DNA of 44,017 nucleotides from Candidatus Wildermuthbacteria bacterium RIFCSPHIGHO2_02_FULL_45_25 (GCA_001823215.1 MHTV01000045.1:1-44017), one strand, 5' to 3'. Shown: positions 16,399-26,272, counted from the first letter of the stretch. Numbers and translations: made by a program. The notes: generated from the letters alone by a model not told the origin.

Positions 16399-16402
16399 AT
16401 AA

Positions 16403-18454
16403 TTATTTTCTCACTTCCCATTGGGGATTAGTTTCCAATACCGCGATAATGGAAGATTGCGTTTGTTCGATTTCCTCTCCGGTTAACGTGCGATCATCGG
16501 CCTGATACACAATATGAAACGCGATATTCTTCTTTCCTTCAGGAAGCCCGGATCCCTCATACAAATCGAATAGGGAAATATCTTTCACCAGAATACCGCC
16601 TGCTTTGCCGATGGCATCAAGCAACTCAAAGACTTTCGTGCGTTTATGAACTAACACCGCCACATCCCTCACCACCGAAGGATATTTCACAATCTCCTGA
16701 TATTGTTTTTCAGATGACGCGAATTGCGCCAACATTTCCATATTGATTTGAAAAGCGGCGACTCGAAATGGAAGCTTCAAATTTGCAGACACGTGCCGGG
16801 AAATTTCTCCCACCAGCCCGATTTCCTTGCCATGCACCTTTATTTTGGCGCATCGTGTTGCATGCCATACTTTTCCGTACGCATGATCTGCAGCATGTTT
16901 GTACTCGTCGTACCATACCCCCGCGATCCCAAGCCATTCGCACAATTGCGCAACCGCTCCTTTTGCCTGGTAAAACGGCTGCTCCAGTTGGCGCTCCCCT
17001 ACGAAGCCAGCAACCATACCCGTTTCTGCATAGTTTTTCCCCGCAAGCCCAAATACTTTGCCAACCTCAAATATCTTCAGTTCATCTGATATTCTCGCGT
17101 TTTGAGAAAAATGCTTTAGCAAATTTTCCAAGAGCGTGGGCCGCATATACGAAAAATCTTCGCTGATGGGATTTTGCAATTCTACAAGTTTTTTCCGATC
17201 GCTTGGAGTATACAAGAATTTTGAGGGATCTGTTGCGCTTATAAACGAATAAGAATAGGTTTCCGTGTATCCGGACGCTCTCAACGCATCTCGGACGCTT
17301 TCTTGCAAAAGCCATTCTTTATTTGGCAAAGGCGGGTCCAAAGGAGCCAAAGGAAATACTGCGGGGATTTGGTCATATCCATATATCCGCCCGATTTCCT
17401 CCACCAAATCTTCTTCGATTGCCAAATCCATACGGGAGGTTGGAATTTGTACCCGCAGATGTTTGCCATTCCCTGTTACCTGACATCCAATCGAAAGCAA
17501 AATTCGTTTTATTTCGGGAAGCGGCACCCAAACACCAAGCAGAGATTCAATTCGTTCTGCATGAAGTAAAATTTTCTTTGCCAAGCGTTTAACCGGATAT
17601 ATATCAATTACTTGCACAACCTTGCCTTCGCTTTCAGCTTCCTTGAGCAAAAATAATGCCCTTTGCAAAGATATCATAGCAAGATTGGGATCAATCCCAT
17701 GAGAATACATTACCGCGGCCTGCGTGGAATACCCCATTTGTTTTCTTGCTTTATAAATCGTAATGGGATCAAAATTTGCGGCCTGCAAAACAATATGTTT
17801 CGTCTTTTGCGAAATTGCGCTCTCTTTTCCTCCTTTAATTCCAGCTAAATCAATCAGCCGGTTTTTATCCTCGATCACCAACACGCCTTCCGGCAGAGAG
17901 AGCGTCTGATCGTCTAACGTTTCCACTTCCTCTCCTTTTCTTGATTCTCGCACCGTCATCACAGCTCCCTCAATCTGATCATAATCAAACGCGTGCAAAG
18001 GTTGCCCCATCTCAAGCATAACGTAATTAGTCACATCCACCACGTTGTTGATTGAATGGAGACCAACCGCTTCCAAACGATCGCGTAGCTTTTTTGGGGA
18101 TGGTTTTACTTGGATGCCTTCGATGACCAGAGCCGCATAACGCGCCACCATCTGGCGATTCTGAATATGCACCGTAAGTTTTGCCAATTTTCCCTTTCTT
18201 GGATTTGAGGATACTGTTTTGAGCGCAATTGTTTTCCCATTGGTAATGGCCGCAATTTCTTTTGCCATGCCAAAATGCCCCAGACAATCATGACTGCGAT
18301 TGGGCAACACCGAGATATCGAAAAGATAATCACTCGTCTGCTTTTTCACTTCCTCCACTTCAAAACTATGCGTATTCAACAGCTCTTCCAATTTTTCAGC
18401 TTGGGGAAGTTTGTATTTGCTGTAATGTTGCAGCCAGTTGTAGGAATAGAGCAT
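16403..18454 (-). CDS. pheT: Phenylalanyl-tRNA synthetase beta subunit
   Basis: 683 aa with B3/4, B5 and FDX-ACB-like C-terminal regions. It lies directly downstream of pheS. Confidence 0.85.
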   Translation of the reverse strand: MLYSYNWLQHYSKYKLPQAEKLEELLNTHSFEVEEVKKQTSDYLFDISVLPNRSHDCLGHFGMAKEIAAITNGKTIALKTVSSNPRKGKLAKLTVHIQNRQMVARYAALVIEGIQVKPSPKKLRDRLEAVGLHSINNVVDVTNYVMLEMGQPLHAFDYDQIEGAVMTVRESRKGEEVETLDDQTLSLPEGVLVIEDKNRLIDLAGIKGGKESAISQKTKHIVLQAANFDPITIYKARKQMGYSTQAAVMYSHGIDPNLAMISLQRALFLLKEAESEGKVVQVIDIYPVKRLAKKILLHAERIESLLGVWVPLPEIKRILLSIGCQVTGNGKHLRVQIPTSRMDLAIEEDLVEEIGRIYGYDQIPAVFPLAPLDPPLPNKEWLLQESVRDALRASGYTETYSYSFISATDPSKFLYTPSDRKKLVELQNPISEDFSYMRPTLLENLLKHFSQNARISDELKIFEVGKVFGLAGKNYAETGMVAGFVGERQLEQPFYQAKGAVAQLCEWLGIAGVWYDEYKHAADHAYGKVWHATRCAKIKVHGKEIGLVGEISRHVSANLKLPFRVAAFQINMEMLAQFASSEKQYQEIVKYPSVVRDVAVLVHKRTKVFELLDAIGKAGGILVKDISLFDLYEGSGLPEGKKNIAFHIVYQADDRTLTGEEIEQTQSSIIAVLETNPQWEVRK

Positions 18455-18469
18455 AAAAGAAAATGTCGT

Positions 18470-19591
18470 TTAAAACTGTTCGAGAAACCGCATATCGCCA
18501 GAATACAGCAATCTGATATCGTTGATTTTGTATTTCATCATCGCAAGCCGATCCAAACCAATCCCAAATGCAAATCCCTGCCATTCTTTGGGATCGCACT
18601 TCACTGCCTTCAACACATTGGGATGCACCATGCCTGCCCCCATAATCTCGATCCAACCGCCATGTCCACAACTGGAGCAATCTTTCTTCTGGCCTTCTTT
18701 ATTTATTGAAAATCCTTTTCCCGCGCAAAATACGCATCGCATATCCACTTCAAATCCTGGCTCCACAAACGGGAAATAACTTGGCCGAAGCCGCACCACG
18801 GTTTCCTTTTCGAAGAAGCGCTTGAAAAACTCCTGGATAATTCCCTTAAAATGCGCGGCCGACACGTCTTTGCCGATCATCAACCCTTCGAGCTGATAAA
18901 AATTGATTTCGTGCCGCGCGTCCGTTGCTTCATAGCGAAAAATTCTTCCGGGCGCTATCACGCGCAAGGGCGGTTTTATTTTCTCCATATAGCGAATTTG
19001 CACCGGACTCGTGTGAGTACGCAACAAAAACTTTTGCGGTTTTTCTTTCAGAATTGCGGTGCCGGAGAGAAGATTTTGTTTGGAATTTTCCGGTTCCTTC
19101 AGCCAGAACGTATCCCACATATCGCGCGCGGGATGGGAAGCGGGAATGTTCAAAGCATCAAAATTGTACCATTCACTTTCAATTTCGGGGCCATCTGCAA
19201 GCGCAAATCCCATAGACTGAAAGATTTCTTTCGCTTCCCGCTGAATCTGCGTCAAGGGATGCAAATGCCCTTTGGGAAGTTTTGCGCCAGGAGCTGTAAT
19301 ATCAATCCATTCGTCTTGTTCGCCAGATTCAAATTCATGCATTATCAAATGCTGTTTTTTCTTTGCAAATTCGCGTTCAAACATCTCTCGCGCTTTGTTG
19401 GCCTTTTGACCAATTTTCTTGCGCTCTTTTTCGTCCAATGTTCCTAACGAACGCAATAAAAGGGTCAACTCCCCTTTCTTTCCGATATATCTATGCGAAA
19501 GCTCTTCTAAATCCTTGAGATTTGAGCAAGATTGAATTTCCGTAATTGCCTTCGATTGAAGGATTTCCACATATTGCGAATCATTTGGCAT
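18470..19591 (-). CDS. pheS: Phenylalanyl-tRNA synthetase alpha subunit
   Basis: HPARDMWDTFW, class II motifs (FRYEATDARH, GAGMVHPNVL), and a CxxC...CxxC insert as in Bacillus PheS. Confidence 0.95.
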   Translation of the reverse strand: MPNDSQYVEILQSKAITEIQSCSNLKDLEELSHRYIGKKGELTLLLRSLGTLDEKERKKIGQKANKAREMFEREFAKKKQHLIMHEFESGEQDEWIDITAPGAKLPKGHLHPLTQIQREAKEIFQSMGFALADGPEIESEWYNFDALNIPASHPARDMWDTFWLKEPENSKQNLLSGTAILKEKPQKFLLRTHTSPVQIRYMEKIKPPLRVIAPGRIFRYEATDARHEINFYQLEGLMIGKDVSAAHFKGIIQEFFKRFFEKETVVRLRPSYFPFVEPGFEVDMRCVFCAGKGFSINKEGQKKDCSSCGHGGWIEIMGAGMVHPNVLKAVKCDPKEWQGFAFGIGLDRLAMMKYKINDIRLLYSGDMRFLEQF

Positions 19592-19600
19592 ATCTTTGTG

Positions 19601-19674
19601 CGCGGGCGACCGGACTCGAACCGGCGACCTTCTGCGTGACAGGCAGACGCTCTAACCGACTGAGCTACGCCCGC
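19601..19674 (-). tRNA. tRNA-Asp (GTC)
   Basis: Hand-folded cloverleaf: GCGGGCG/TA/GCTC-AGTCGGTTA-GAGC/G/TCTGC-CTGTCAC-GCAGA/AGGTC/GCCGG-TTCGAGT-CCGGT/CGCCCGC/G. CCA is not encoded. Confidence 0.9.
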
Positions 19675-19716
19675 AATATCTTTTACCTTTGAACGATGAA
19701 ACTCCTTCTCATAGAG

Positions 19717-19788
19717 TGGCTGCGGCAGGATTTGAACCTGCGACCTCGGCCTTATGAAAGCCTCGCTCTGCCACTGAGCTACGCAGCC
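19717..19788 (-). tRNA. tRNA with CAT anticodon (elongator Met or Ile2-lysidine type)
   Basis: GGCTGCG/TA/GCTC-AGTGGCA-GAGC/G/AGGCT-TTCATAA-GGCCG/AGGTC/GCAGG-TTCAAAT-CCTGC/CGCAGCC/A. CCA is not encoded. Confidence 0.85.
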
Positions 19789-19848
19789 CTGCCGCTTGAG
19801 GGCAGACAGGCCGCCTGCCATCGGTTGTGCCTGATTCTTTCTTTTTTG

Positions 19849-19919
19849 TAGCGGGGCCAGGAGTTGAACCTGGATTTAGAGGTTATGGGCCTCCCGTGGT
19901 ACCGAACCACTTCCCCGCT
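19849..19919 (-). tRNA. Atypical tRNA with CAT anticodon (possible initiator-like)
   Basis: AGCGGGG/AA/GTGG-TTCGGTA-CCAC/G/GGAGG-CCCATAA-CCTCT/AAAT/CCAGG-TTCAACT-CCTGG/CCCCGCT/A. The acceptor resembles tRNA-fMet CGCGGGG but has an A1:U72 pair. It carries A8 and C33 instead of the usual U8 and U33. Confidence 0.7.
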
Positions 19920-19930
19920 CTGTATATCTC

Positions 19931-19959
19931 TCTATACAATAGCTCGAATCGCAACTCAA
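19931..19959 (-). promoter_or_regulatory. Possible promoter for the tRNA cluster / pheST (TTGAGT-17 nt-TATAGA)
   Basis: Minus strand reads TTGAGT (19959-19954), a 17-nt spacer, then TATAGA (19936-19931), 11 nt before the first tRNA. Confidence 0.4.
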
Positions 19960-20474
19960 ATCAAGTCCAGCGCGCGGAACGCGCGTTCATACGATTCCAA
20001 TGCTCGTCTTGCTTCGAGAAGAGAAATACGAAAGTCAGGATCATGCGCGATATTATTTCTTACTTGATGGGCATTCCGCAAGTCTTCAATATTGGGAATG
20101 ACAACCGGGCTTAACTGCATCAATTTTTCATCAATCGTAGTTCCGGGAATGACCATGCGCTTGAGAACACCCGCGAGCATCGTATCTGCTTCCAGAATCG
20201 AAAGTTTAAAATCTGCTTCAGCTCCAGTTTCCAAACGCCTCATAACTCTTCGCCACTTTTTGGTAAGCCGCCGCAAACCAAACGGCCGGAACGCGAAAAA
20301 CTCGGCAATTTCAACAAACAAACTAAATTGCAAATAGGAGGTTGTTGCAAGCACATACCCTATCATAAAAACGAAGAACGCAGTCAGAATGACAAACGGA
20401 GTACGAAGCCAAATCAAGCGAGACTGAAGTTCAGCAGAATTGGCAACCGCGATAATTTGCAAGATTGTCTCCAT
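19956..20474 (-). CDS. Hypothetical membrane protein
   Basis: 172 aa with two N-terminal hydrophobic segments and a basic, helical C-terminal region. It lies in an operon position after gatA. I recognise no family. Confidence 0.5.
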   Translation of the reverse strand: METILQIIAVANSAELQSRLIWLRTPFVILTAFFVFMIGYVLATTSYLQFSLFVEIAEFFAFRPFGLRRLTKKWRRVMRRLETGAEADFKLSILEADTMLAGVLKRMVIPGTTIDEKLMQLSPVVIPNIEDLRNAHQVRNNIAHDPDFRISLLEARRALESYERAFRALDLI

Positions 20475-20488
20475 TACACTCTATTAAA

Positions 20489-21937
20489 TCAGAAATTCCA
20501 AGCATTCTCAATAAGTTTGCCTGCCTGGAAAAGCAAGGGTTCTCCAAAGGCGCGAGCAATAATATGCATTCCAACGGGAAGTTCGCCTACTTTTCCCGCT
20601 GGCACTGAAAGCGCGGGCAATCCGGCCAAGTTAACCGGTACGGTAAAAAGATCGGCTAAATACATGGAAAGCGGATCCGCAGTCCGTTCATTCAGCTTGA
20701 AAGGCAGAAATGGAGTAGTGGGCCCCATAATCACATCCACCTTCTCAAACGCTCGATCAAAATCTTGCTTCAACAGCGTGCGGATTTTTTGCGCTTTCAC
20801 ATAATAAGCGTCGTAATAACCCGCAGACAGCGCGTATGTTCCCAACATAATTCTTCTCTTCACTTCCGGTCCAAATTTCTCTCCCCTATTGTTCATATAC
20901 ACATGAAACAGTTTTTCGTCAGTAGCAGCTTCTTTTGGTTGCGCAGGCACGCCATAGCGAATCGCGTCATATCGAGCAAGGTTTGCGGATGCTTCAGATG
21001 TGTTGATAATATAATATACGGCCAGCGCATAAGGAGCATTTGGCAAACTTATTTCATGAATTTCAGCCCCCCCTTTTTCCAGGATGGCGAGCATATCTCG
21101 AATAACCTTCTCCACTTGAGAATCCAGCCCTTCAGCAAAAAATTCTTTTGGCACGCCGATACGGATTTTTTTGGGATTGATATCCTCTTGCAACGGTGCA
21201 TACCGGTAAAGAACGGAAGTGGAATCCAAAGGATCTTTGCCGGAAATCGCATCAAACACCGTCTGCGCGTCCTCGACATTTCTTGCGAATGGCCCCACCT
21301 GATCCAAAGAAGAAGCGAGCGCGATAATACCGTGCCGGGAAACGGTCCCGTATGTGGGCTTTAACCCTATCACTCCGCAGAAAGAAGCAGGAAGCCGGAT
21401 AGACCCTCCCGTATCTTCTCCAAGAGCAAACACCGATTCTCCAGAGCAAACCGCGGCCGCAGACCCTCCAGAACTTCCTCCCGCGACTCTCGTGAGATCA
21501 TGCGGATTTTTTGTAGCGCCAAATGCGGAGTTTTCCGTGGAAGTCCCCATGCCAAATTCATCCGTATTGGTTTTCCCGACTAATACGGTTCCTTGCTCGC
21601 GCAATCGCGCAATAACCGTTGCGTCATACGGAGCAATATAGTTTTCAAGAATTTTGGATCCGGCCGTGCATCGCACGCCTTTTACCAAAATCGCATCTTT
21701 CACCGCGCACGGAATTCCCGCAAGCAAAGGAATCTCCTGCCCTTCTTTGATTTTTTCGTCCACCAAAGCCGCTTGCTCTAACGCCATATCCGCAGTAACA
21801 GTCAGAAAAGCGTGGAACTCTTGATCCGTGTTTTCGATATGCTCCAAATGCATTCTCGCTATTTCGACAGCGGAAATCTCGCGATGAACGAGCTTTTCAT
21901 GAATGGTTCGTATGGAGAGTTTCGCTAAAGATTCCAT
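20489..21937 (-). CDS. gatA: Glu/Asp-tRNA amidotransferase subunit A
   Basis: Amidase signature GGSSGGSAAAV and the DTGGSIRLPASFCG motif. Confidence 0.95.
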   Translation of the reverse strand: MESLAKLSIRTIHEKLVHREISAVEIARMHLEHIENTDQEFHAFLTVTADMALEQAALVDEKIKEGQEIPLLAGIPCAVKDAILVKGVRCTAGSKILENYIAPYDATVIARLREQGTVLVGKTNTDEFGMGTSTENSAFGATKNPHDLTRVAGGSSGGSAAAVCSGESVFALGEDTGGSIRLPASFCGVIGLKPTYGTVSRHGIIALASSLDQVGPFARNVEDAQTVFDAISGKDPLDSTSVLYRYAPLQEDINPKKIRIGVPKEFFAEGLDSQVEKVIRDMLAILEKGGAEIHEISLPNAPYALAVYYIINTSEASANLARYDAIRYGVPAQPKEAATDEKLFHVYMNNRGEKFGPEVKRRIMLGTYALSAGYYDAYYVKAQKIRTLLKQDFDRAFEKVDVIMGPTTPFLPFKLNERTADPLSMYLADLFTVPVNLAGLPALSVPAGKVGELPVGMHIIARAFGEPLLFQAGKLIENAWNF

Positions 21938-21939
21938 TG

Positions 21940-22227
21940 TTACAGAATAGATTTTACCTTCAAATATCTTCCCGTTTTTTCAGGAAATGCTTCGAGTAAT
22001 TGCTCCACGATTTTTTCAGAACACGGCTGCGGAATATCCTCTCTCGTCACATTTTGCAGATCTACCGAATGCATCATGGCATCAATCCCTGTAACATCAA
22101 CCTCCTTGAGAACATCGAAATATTCCAGCACGCCTCCCAAATCTTTTTGGAATTTTTCAATTTCTTCTGGCGAAAGCTGAATTCTCGCGAGCTTTGCAAT
22201 ATGTTCGACTTGTTGTTTTGAAAGCAT
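21940..22227 (-). CDS. gatC: Glu/Asp-tRNA amidotransferase subunit C
   Basis: MLSKQQVEHIAKLARIQLSPEEIEKF... The start is set at ATG 22227, just after the mreB stop; the ORF track extends to 22284. Confidence 0.85.
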   Translation of the reverse strand: MLSKQQVEHIAKLARIQLSPEEIEKFQKDLGGVLEYFDVLKEVDVTGIDAMMHSVDLQNVTREDIPQPCSEKIVEQLLEAFPEKTGRYLKVKSIL

Positions 22228-22231
22228 AAAG

Positions 22232-23296
22232 TTATCGAGGAGGCTCAAGATTTTCGGTTTCCACAAGCACATCGCGCAGTTCATCTAAATTCTCCAACAC
22301 CAATCCAGCTCCGCGCACCATTGCCGTCAGAGGATCCTCCACGATGCGCGTGGGAATCTTTGTCTCTTTCGTAATCAATGTATCCAATTCGCGAAGCAAT
22401 GCGCCACCGCCCGCCAAATAAATACCTCGGTGCATAATGTCCGCCAAAAGCTCCGGCGGCGTTTCCTCCACCGTTACTTTAATTTCGTTGACAATCTGGC
22501 GAACCGAACGTTCCATTGCCTTTCGAATATCGGTATCTGAAATAGAAATCTCCTCTGGCAAACCAGTCAACATATTGCGCCCGCGCAAAGGCATTTCTTT
22601 GCGCTCTTTCAAAGGATACGCCGATCCAATGCCAATTTTTACGCTTTCTGCCGTGCGCTCTCCGATAAGAAGTTTATACTCTTCCTGCGCGTAGTTGATA
22701 ATATCTTCATTGAGTTTATCTCCCGCAATGCGCAGGGATTTGGCATACACTACGCCACCAAGCGAAATCACCGCCACTTCCGTGGTTCCCCCTCCGATAT
22801 CCACAATAAAGTTTCCTCCGGGTTCCTGCACCGCAAACCGCGCGCCAATCGCCGCCGCCATGGGTTCTTCGATCAGATAGACTTCGCGGGATCCCGCGCT
22901 TAACGCCGCATCCCGTACCGCTTTTTTCTCCACTTCCGTTACGCCAAAAGGAATTCCCACTATCACGCGCGGACCCGGCTGGAGGATAAACTTGCGCTTA
23001 ATCGCTCGATCAATGAAGTACTTGAGCATCTGCTCGGTTACTTCAAAATCCGAAATCACTCCCTTCACGAGAGGACGCGTGGCAACTATATGAGCAGGTG
23101 TGCGGCCTACCATTTTTTTCGCTTCCTGGCCGATTGCCAGCACTTTTCCCGTTTTTTGATTAATCGCAACCACCGAGGGCTCTTGAATAACAATCCCTCT
23201 TCCTTTTACATACACAAGAGAATTGGCAGTCCCCAAGTCAATGGCAAGATCTTGCCCTATGGAAGATAATACCCGATTAATAAATTTAATAAGCAT
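22232..23296 (-). CDS. mreB: Rod-shape-determining actin homolog MreB (paralog 1)
   Basis: DLGTANSLVYVKGRGIV..EPSVVA, DIGGGTTEVAVISLGG, and GIYLAGGGALLR. Confidence 0.9.
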   Translation of the reverse strand: MLIKFINRVLSSIGQDLAIDLGTANSLVYVKGRGIVIQEPSVVAINQKTGKVLAIGQEAKKMVGRTPAHIVATRPLVKGVISDFEVTEQMLKYFIDRAIKRKFILQPGPRVIVGIPFGVTEVEKKAVRDAALSAGSREVYLIEEPMAAAIGARFAVQEPGGNFIVDIGGGTTEVAVISLGGVVYAKSLRIAGDKLNEDIINYAQEEYKLLIGERTAESVKIGIGSAYPLKERKEMPLRGRNMLTGLPEEISISDTDIRKAMERSVRQIVNEIKVTVEETPPELLADIMHRGIYLAGGGALLRELDTLITKETKIPTRIVEDPLTAMVRGAGLVLENLDELRDVLVETENLEPPR

Positions 23297-23312
23297 AAAA
23301 TTAGATCACGCC

Positions 23313-24560
23313 CTACCCTTGCATTTCTATCACTTTCTCTATGATCTTGTCGAGTGGGACAAGCGCGCTTTCTTTTTGTCCGCGAGTTTTCCATTCTGCG
23401 GCATTCTCTTTGAGTGTCCGTTCGCTTATCACCAGCCGCAAAGGAATTCCCAGCAAGTCAGCATCTTTCAGTTTCGCTCCCGAGCTTTCTCCCCGACGGT
23501 CGTCATACAACACATCCAGTCCTTGAGATTGCAATTTGTCGTATACCTCCTGCGCTTTCTCATCTCCGCCCTGCAGTCCAACGATATGAATCTGGAAAGG
23601 CGAGATCGAACGCGGCCATACCAATCCCTGCTCATCGCCAAGCGCTTCCACAACTGCGGCCAGCAGGCGAGTTAACCCGATTCCATAGCATCCCATCACC
23701 ACCAACTTCTTGGCCCCTTTCTCATCGGTATATTGTAAGTCAAAGCATTCTGAAAATCTGGTTTTAAGCTGAAAGATATTGCCCACTTCGATTGCTTTCT
23801 CTTCTTTCAGCTTCGTAGTGTTGCATTGGGGACACTCCGGTTGCTCTTTGACGATCTCTTCATTGATTGCGATCTTGCACGTTTCACAAATAAATATCGT
23901 ATCTTCTCCTGCCTCTGTGAGCGTTTGAAACTCGTGGGAATATTTAGAAAAGGTGCCTCCGGACGCAAAGGTAAAGTAGGTGCGATTTCCAATTCCAACC
24001 GCAGCATAGATTCGCTCATAAGAACTCCTTACTTTCTCATAATACGCGGCAAGATCGTCTTCATTCGCGTGGAAAGAATACAAATCTTTCATGATAAATT
24101 CTCGGCCGCGTAAAAGCCCTGCTTTAGCTCGCTTTTCATCCCGAAATTTGGTTTGAATCTGGAATACCGCGCGGGGAAGATCTTTATACGAAGCGATAAA
24201 GCGTTTGAGCAACGGCGTTACAATTTCTTCATGGGTAGGCCCCAGCGCATACTCGCTTTTCGTATAAAAACTCTCAAATCGGAATAAGGTGTCATACGTC
24301 TCCCATCGATTTGTTTGCTCCCAGTTTGTTTTTGGCTGGAGCGCGGGCATAAGAATTTCCTGGCCATCAAGCGATTCCATCTCTTTGCGAATAATTCCTT
24401 CGATTTTTTTCAGGACGCGAAACCCCAAAGGCAAGATACTATACACCCCCGCAAGTTCTTTTTGAATGTACCCCGCGCGAATAAGCAATTGCGCGTTTTT
24501 GCTTTCTTCATCTTTGGGAACTGAATGAGAAGTTTTCGTGAATAATTTGGATTGGCGCAT
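23313..24560 (-). CDS. proS: Prolyl-tRNA synthetase, short bacterial-type form without the INS editing domain
   Basis: Class II core (FRDEKRAKAGLLRGREFIMKD, GCYGIG) plus an anticodon-binding C-terminus. It is only 415 aa. A CETC...CPQC mini zinc-ribbon sits where INS normally lies. Confidence 0.85.
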   Translation of the reverse strand: MRQSKLFTKTSHSVPKDEESKNAQLLIRAGYIQKELAGVYSILPLGFRVLKKIEGIIRKEMESLDGQEILMPALQPKTNWEQTNRWETYDTLFRFESFYTKSEYALGPTHEEIVTPLLKRFIASYKDLPRAVFQIQTKFRDEKRAKAGLLRGREFIMKDLYSFHANEDDLAAYYEKVRSSYERIYAAVGIGNRTYFTFASGGTFSKYSHEFQTLTEAGEDTIFICETCKIAINEEIVKEQPECPQCNTTKLKEEKAIEVGNIFQLKTRFSECFDLQYTDEKGAKKLVVMGCYGIGLTRLLAAVVEALGDEQGLVWPRSISPFQIHIVGLQGGDEKAQEVYDKLQSQGLDVLYDDRRGESSGAKLKDADLLGIPLRLVISERTLKENAAEWKTRGQKESALVPLDKIIEKVIEMQG

Positions 24561-24584
24561 ATAGTAAGTTTCTTGAGCAATGTT

Positions 24585-25673
24585 CTAGAATTGACGGGAA
24601 ATGTCGTTGATCGTAACCCACACAATCAAGGGGACCAGCAACGCGAATGAAATAATGATGGAAATCTGGATAACTTTATCTGGCAAAGGTTTCTTCCGGA
24701 CAGCTTCAATCAACAGAAACAGCAACCGACCGCCGTCAAGCGCGGGGATGGGAATGGTGTTAAAGATTGCCAATAAAATTGCGATCTGCGCCACAAATAA
24801 AAGAAATTGCTCGATCCCCACTTCGTAAGAGGCGCCCAAGAGCGAAATAATCCCTACGGGGCCGGTTACCTGCGTATGTAACGGAGGGCCTTGTCCCGCC
24901 AGAGATTTTGAAATTTGCTCGATTGTCTGATCAATGGTGAAGAACGTTAAAATTCCCGTATACCGAATCCCTTCCCAAGGCGCTTGCCACCACGCAAAAT
25001 GCAATACCCCAACGCGATTGAGCGCAACTCCCAGAGACCCCTGGCCGTCGGGCGGGTTAACGCGCGGCACAAGTTCGATTTGTGTAAGTTCACTGTCTCT
25101 GGACACGGTAAGAATAAGCATCTTGCCAGCAGTTTCTTGAATAAAATCGCGAAATGCTTGCATTGTCGTAGGAGTATCCAAGCGACCCGATTGATCCTCC
25201 ACCCGCACCACGAGATCCCCGGCCCGCACACCCGCTTGTTCTGCCGGCAACCCTTCCACAACTCCTAAAATTTGCACCTGCGGATTGCGCAGAAAATTTG
25301 CGTCGTCAGGAATGTTTAACGCAACATTCCAGCCCGCGCCCACGATTGCGATAATCACGGCCGCGGCAATCCATGAGGAAAGCACCCCTGCCATCACGAT
25401 TACGATTCGTTGCCAGATGGGCTTTTCGCTAAAGCTCCTCGGATGAGCATCCCCTGCTTCTTCTCCGCGCATTTTCACAAAAGCACCAATCAGTAAAGGA
25501 TAGAATGAATACATTGTTTCCCCTATCTTGCGCTTGAAAATCGTCGGAGTGAACGGCAGTCCAATCCCAAATTCATGAACCTCCACATTGAACTTTTTGG
25601 CGGTCAAAAAATGGCCAAGCTCATGTAATACCACAAGGAATAAAATGGAAAAAATCGCGATAAAAATACTCAT
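24585..25673 (-). CDS. rseP: Site-2 protease (M50 family, RseP-like) with a PDZ domain
   Basis: HELGHFLTAKKF (HExxH) and FNTIPIPALDGG (NxxPxxxxDG). Confidence 0.9.
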   Translation of the reverse strand: MSIFIAIFSILFLVVLHELGHFLTAKKFNVEVHEFGIGLPFTPTIFKRKIGETMYSFYPLLIGAFVKMRGEEAGDAHPRSFSEKPIWQRIVIVMAGVLSSWIAAAVIIAIVGAGWNVALNIPDDANFLRNPQVQILGVVEGLPAEQAGVRAGDLVVRVEDQSGRLDTPTTMQAFRDFIQETAGKMLILTVSRDSELTQIELVPRVNPPDGQGSLGVALNRVGVLHFAWWQAPWEGIRYTGILTFFTIDQTIEQISKSLAGQGPPLHTQVTGPVGIISLLGASYEVGIEQFLLFVAQIAILLAIFNTIPIPALDGGRLLFLLIEAVRKKPLPDKVIQISIIISFALLVPLIVWVTINDISRQF

Positions 25674-25679
25674 ACGAAG

Positions 25680-26237
25680 TTACTCTGCTTTAATATCTTG
25701 GAGCTTGCGCGCTATGGCTTCCTCGATTTTTTTATTATACTCATCCACTATCTTTTGCAATTCTTCTTTGCCTTTGAATTTGTCATCTTCGCGAATTTCT
25801 CCCAGCCGCGCTTTTTCCTGAATTTGCCCCCAGGCCTCATCGCGAATTTTCCGAATCACCTCCCTGGTCTCTTCTTCTTTTTCCGCGATTACCTTGGATA
25901 ATTTCTCTCTGAATTCTTGCGTAAGCATGGGAAGATGCAAGCGCACGCCTTCTCGGTCAGTTATCGGGCTTGAGCCAAACGAAGATTGCATAAGCGCTTT
26001 TTCCACAGCCCCTATAATCCCTTTGTCCCATGGCTGAACCAAAATTTGCCTGCGTTCGGGACAAGAAATCGCAGCAATATGCTTAATAGGCATTTTCTGT
26101 CCATATACATCAACCATAACATCTTCCACTAATGAAGGGGAAGCTAATCCCGTGCGGATCTTTGCAATTTCTTTGGTAAAAAACTCCATCGCTTTCTCCA
26201 GTTCCGGCTTGCTTTGGGTAATAATATTCTGATACAT
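25680..26237 (-). CDS. frr: Ribosome recycling factor
   Basis: 185 aa; the typical RRF length and pattern (VDVYGQKMPIKHIAAIS..., LTQEFREKL). Confidence 0.9.
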   Translation of the reverse strand: MYQNIITQSKPELEKAMEFFTKEIAKIRTGLASPSLVEDVMVDVYGQKMPIKHIAAISCPERRQILVQPWDKGIIGAVEKALMQSSFGSSPITDREGVRLHLPMLTQEFREKLSKVIAEKEEETREVIRKIRDEAWGQIQEKARLGEIREDDKFKGKEELQKIVDEYNKKIEEAIARKLQDIKAE

Positions 26238-26272
26238 GAGATTTTTACGAGTTACTTGATTTATGGAAGTAC

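Noticed and set aside
19507-19821. 104-aa minus-strand ORF
   Set aside because: It is entirely composed of the tRNA-Asp and tRNA-CAU genes and their spacers.
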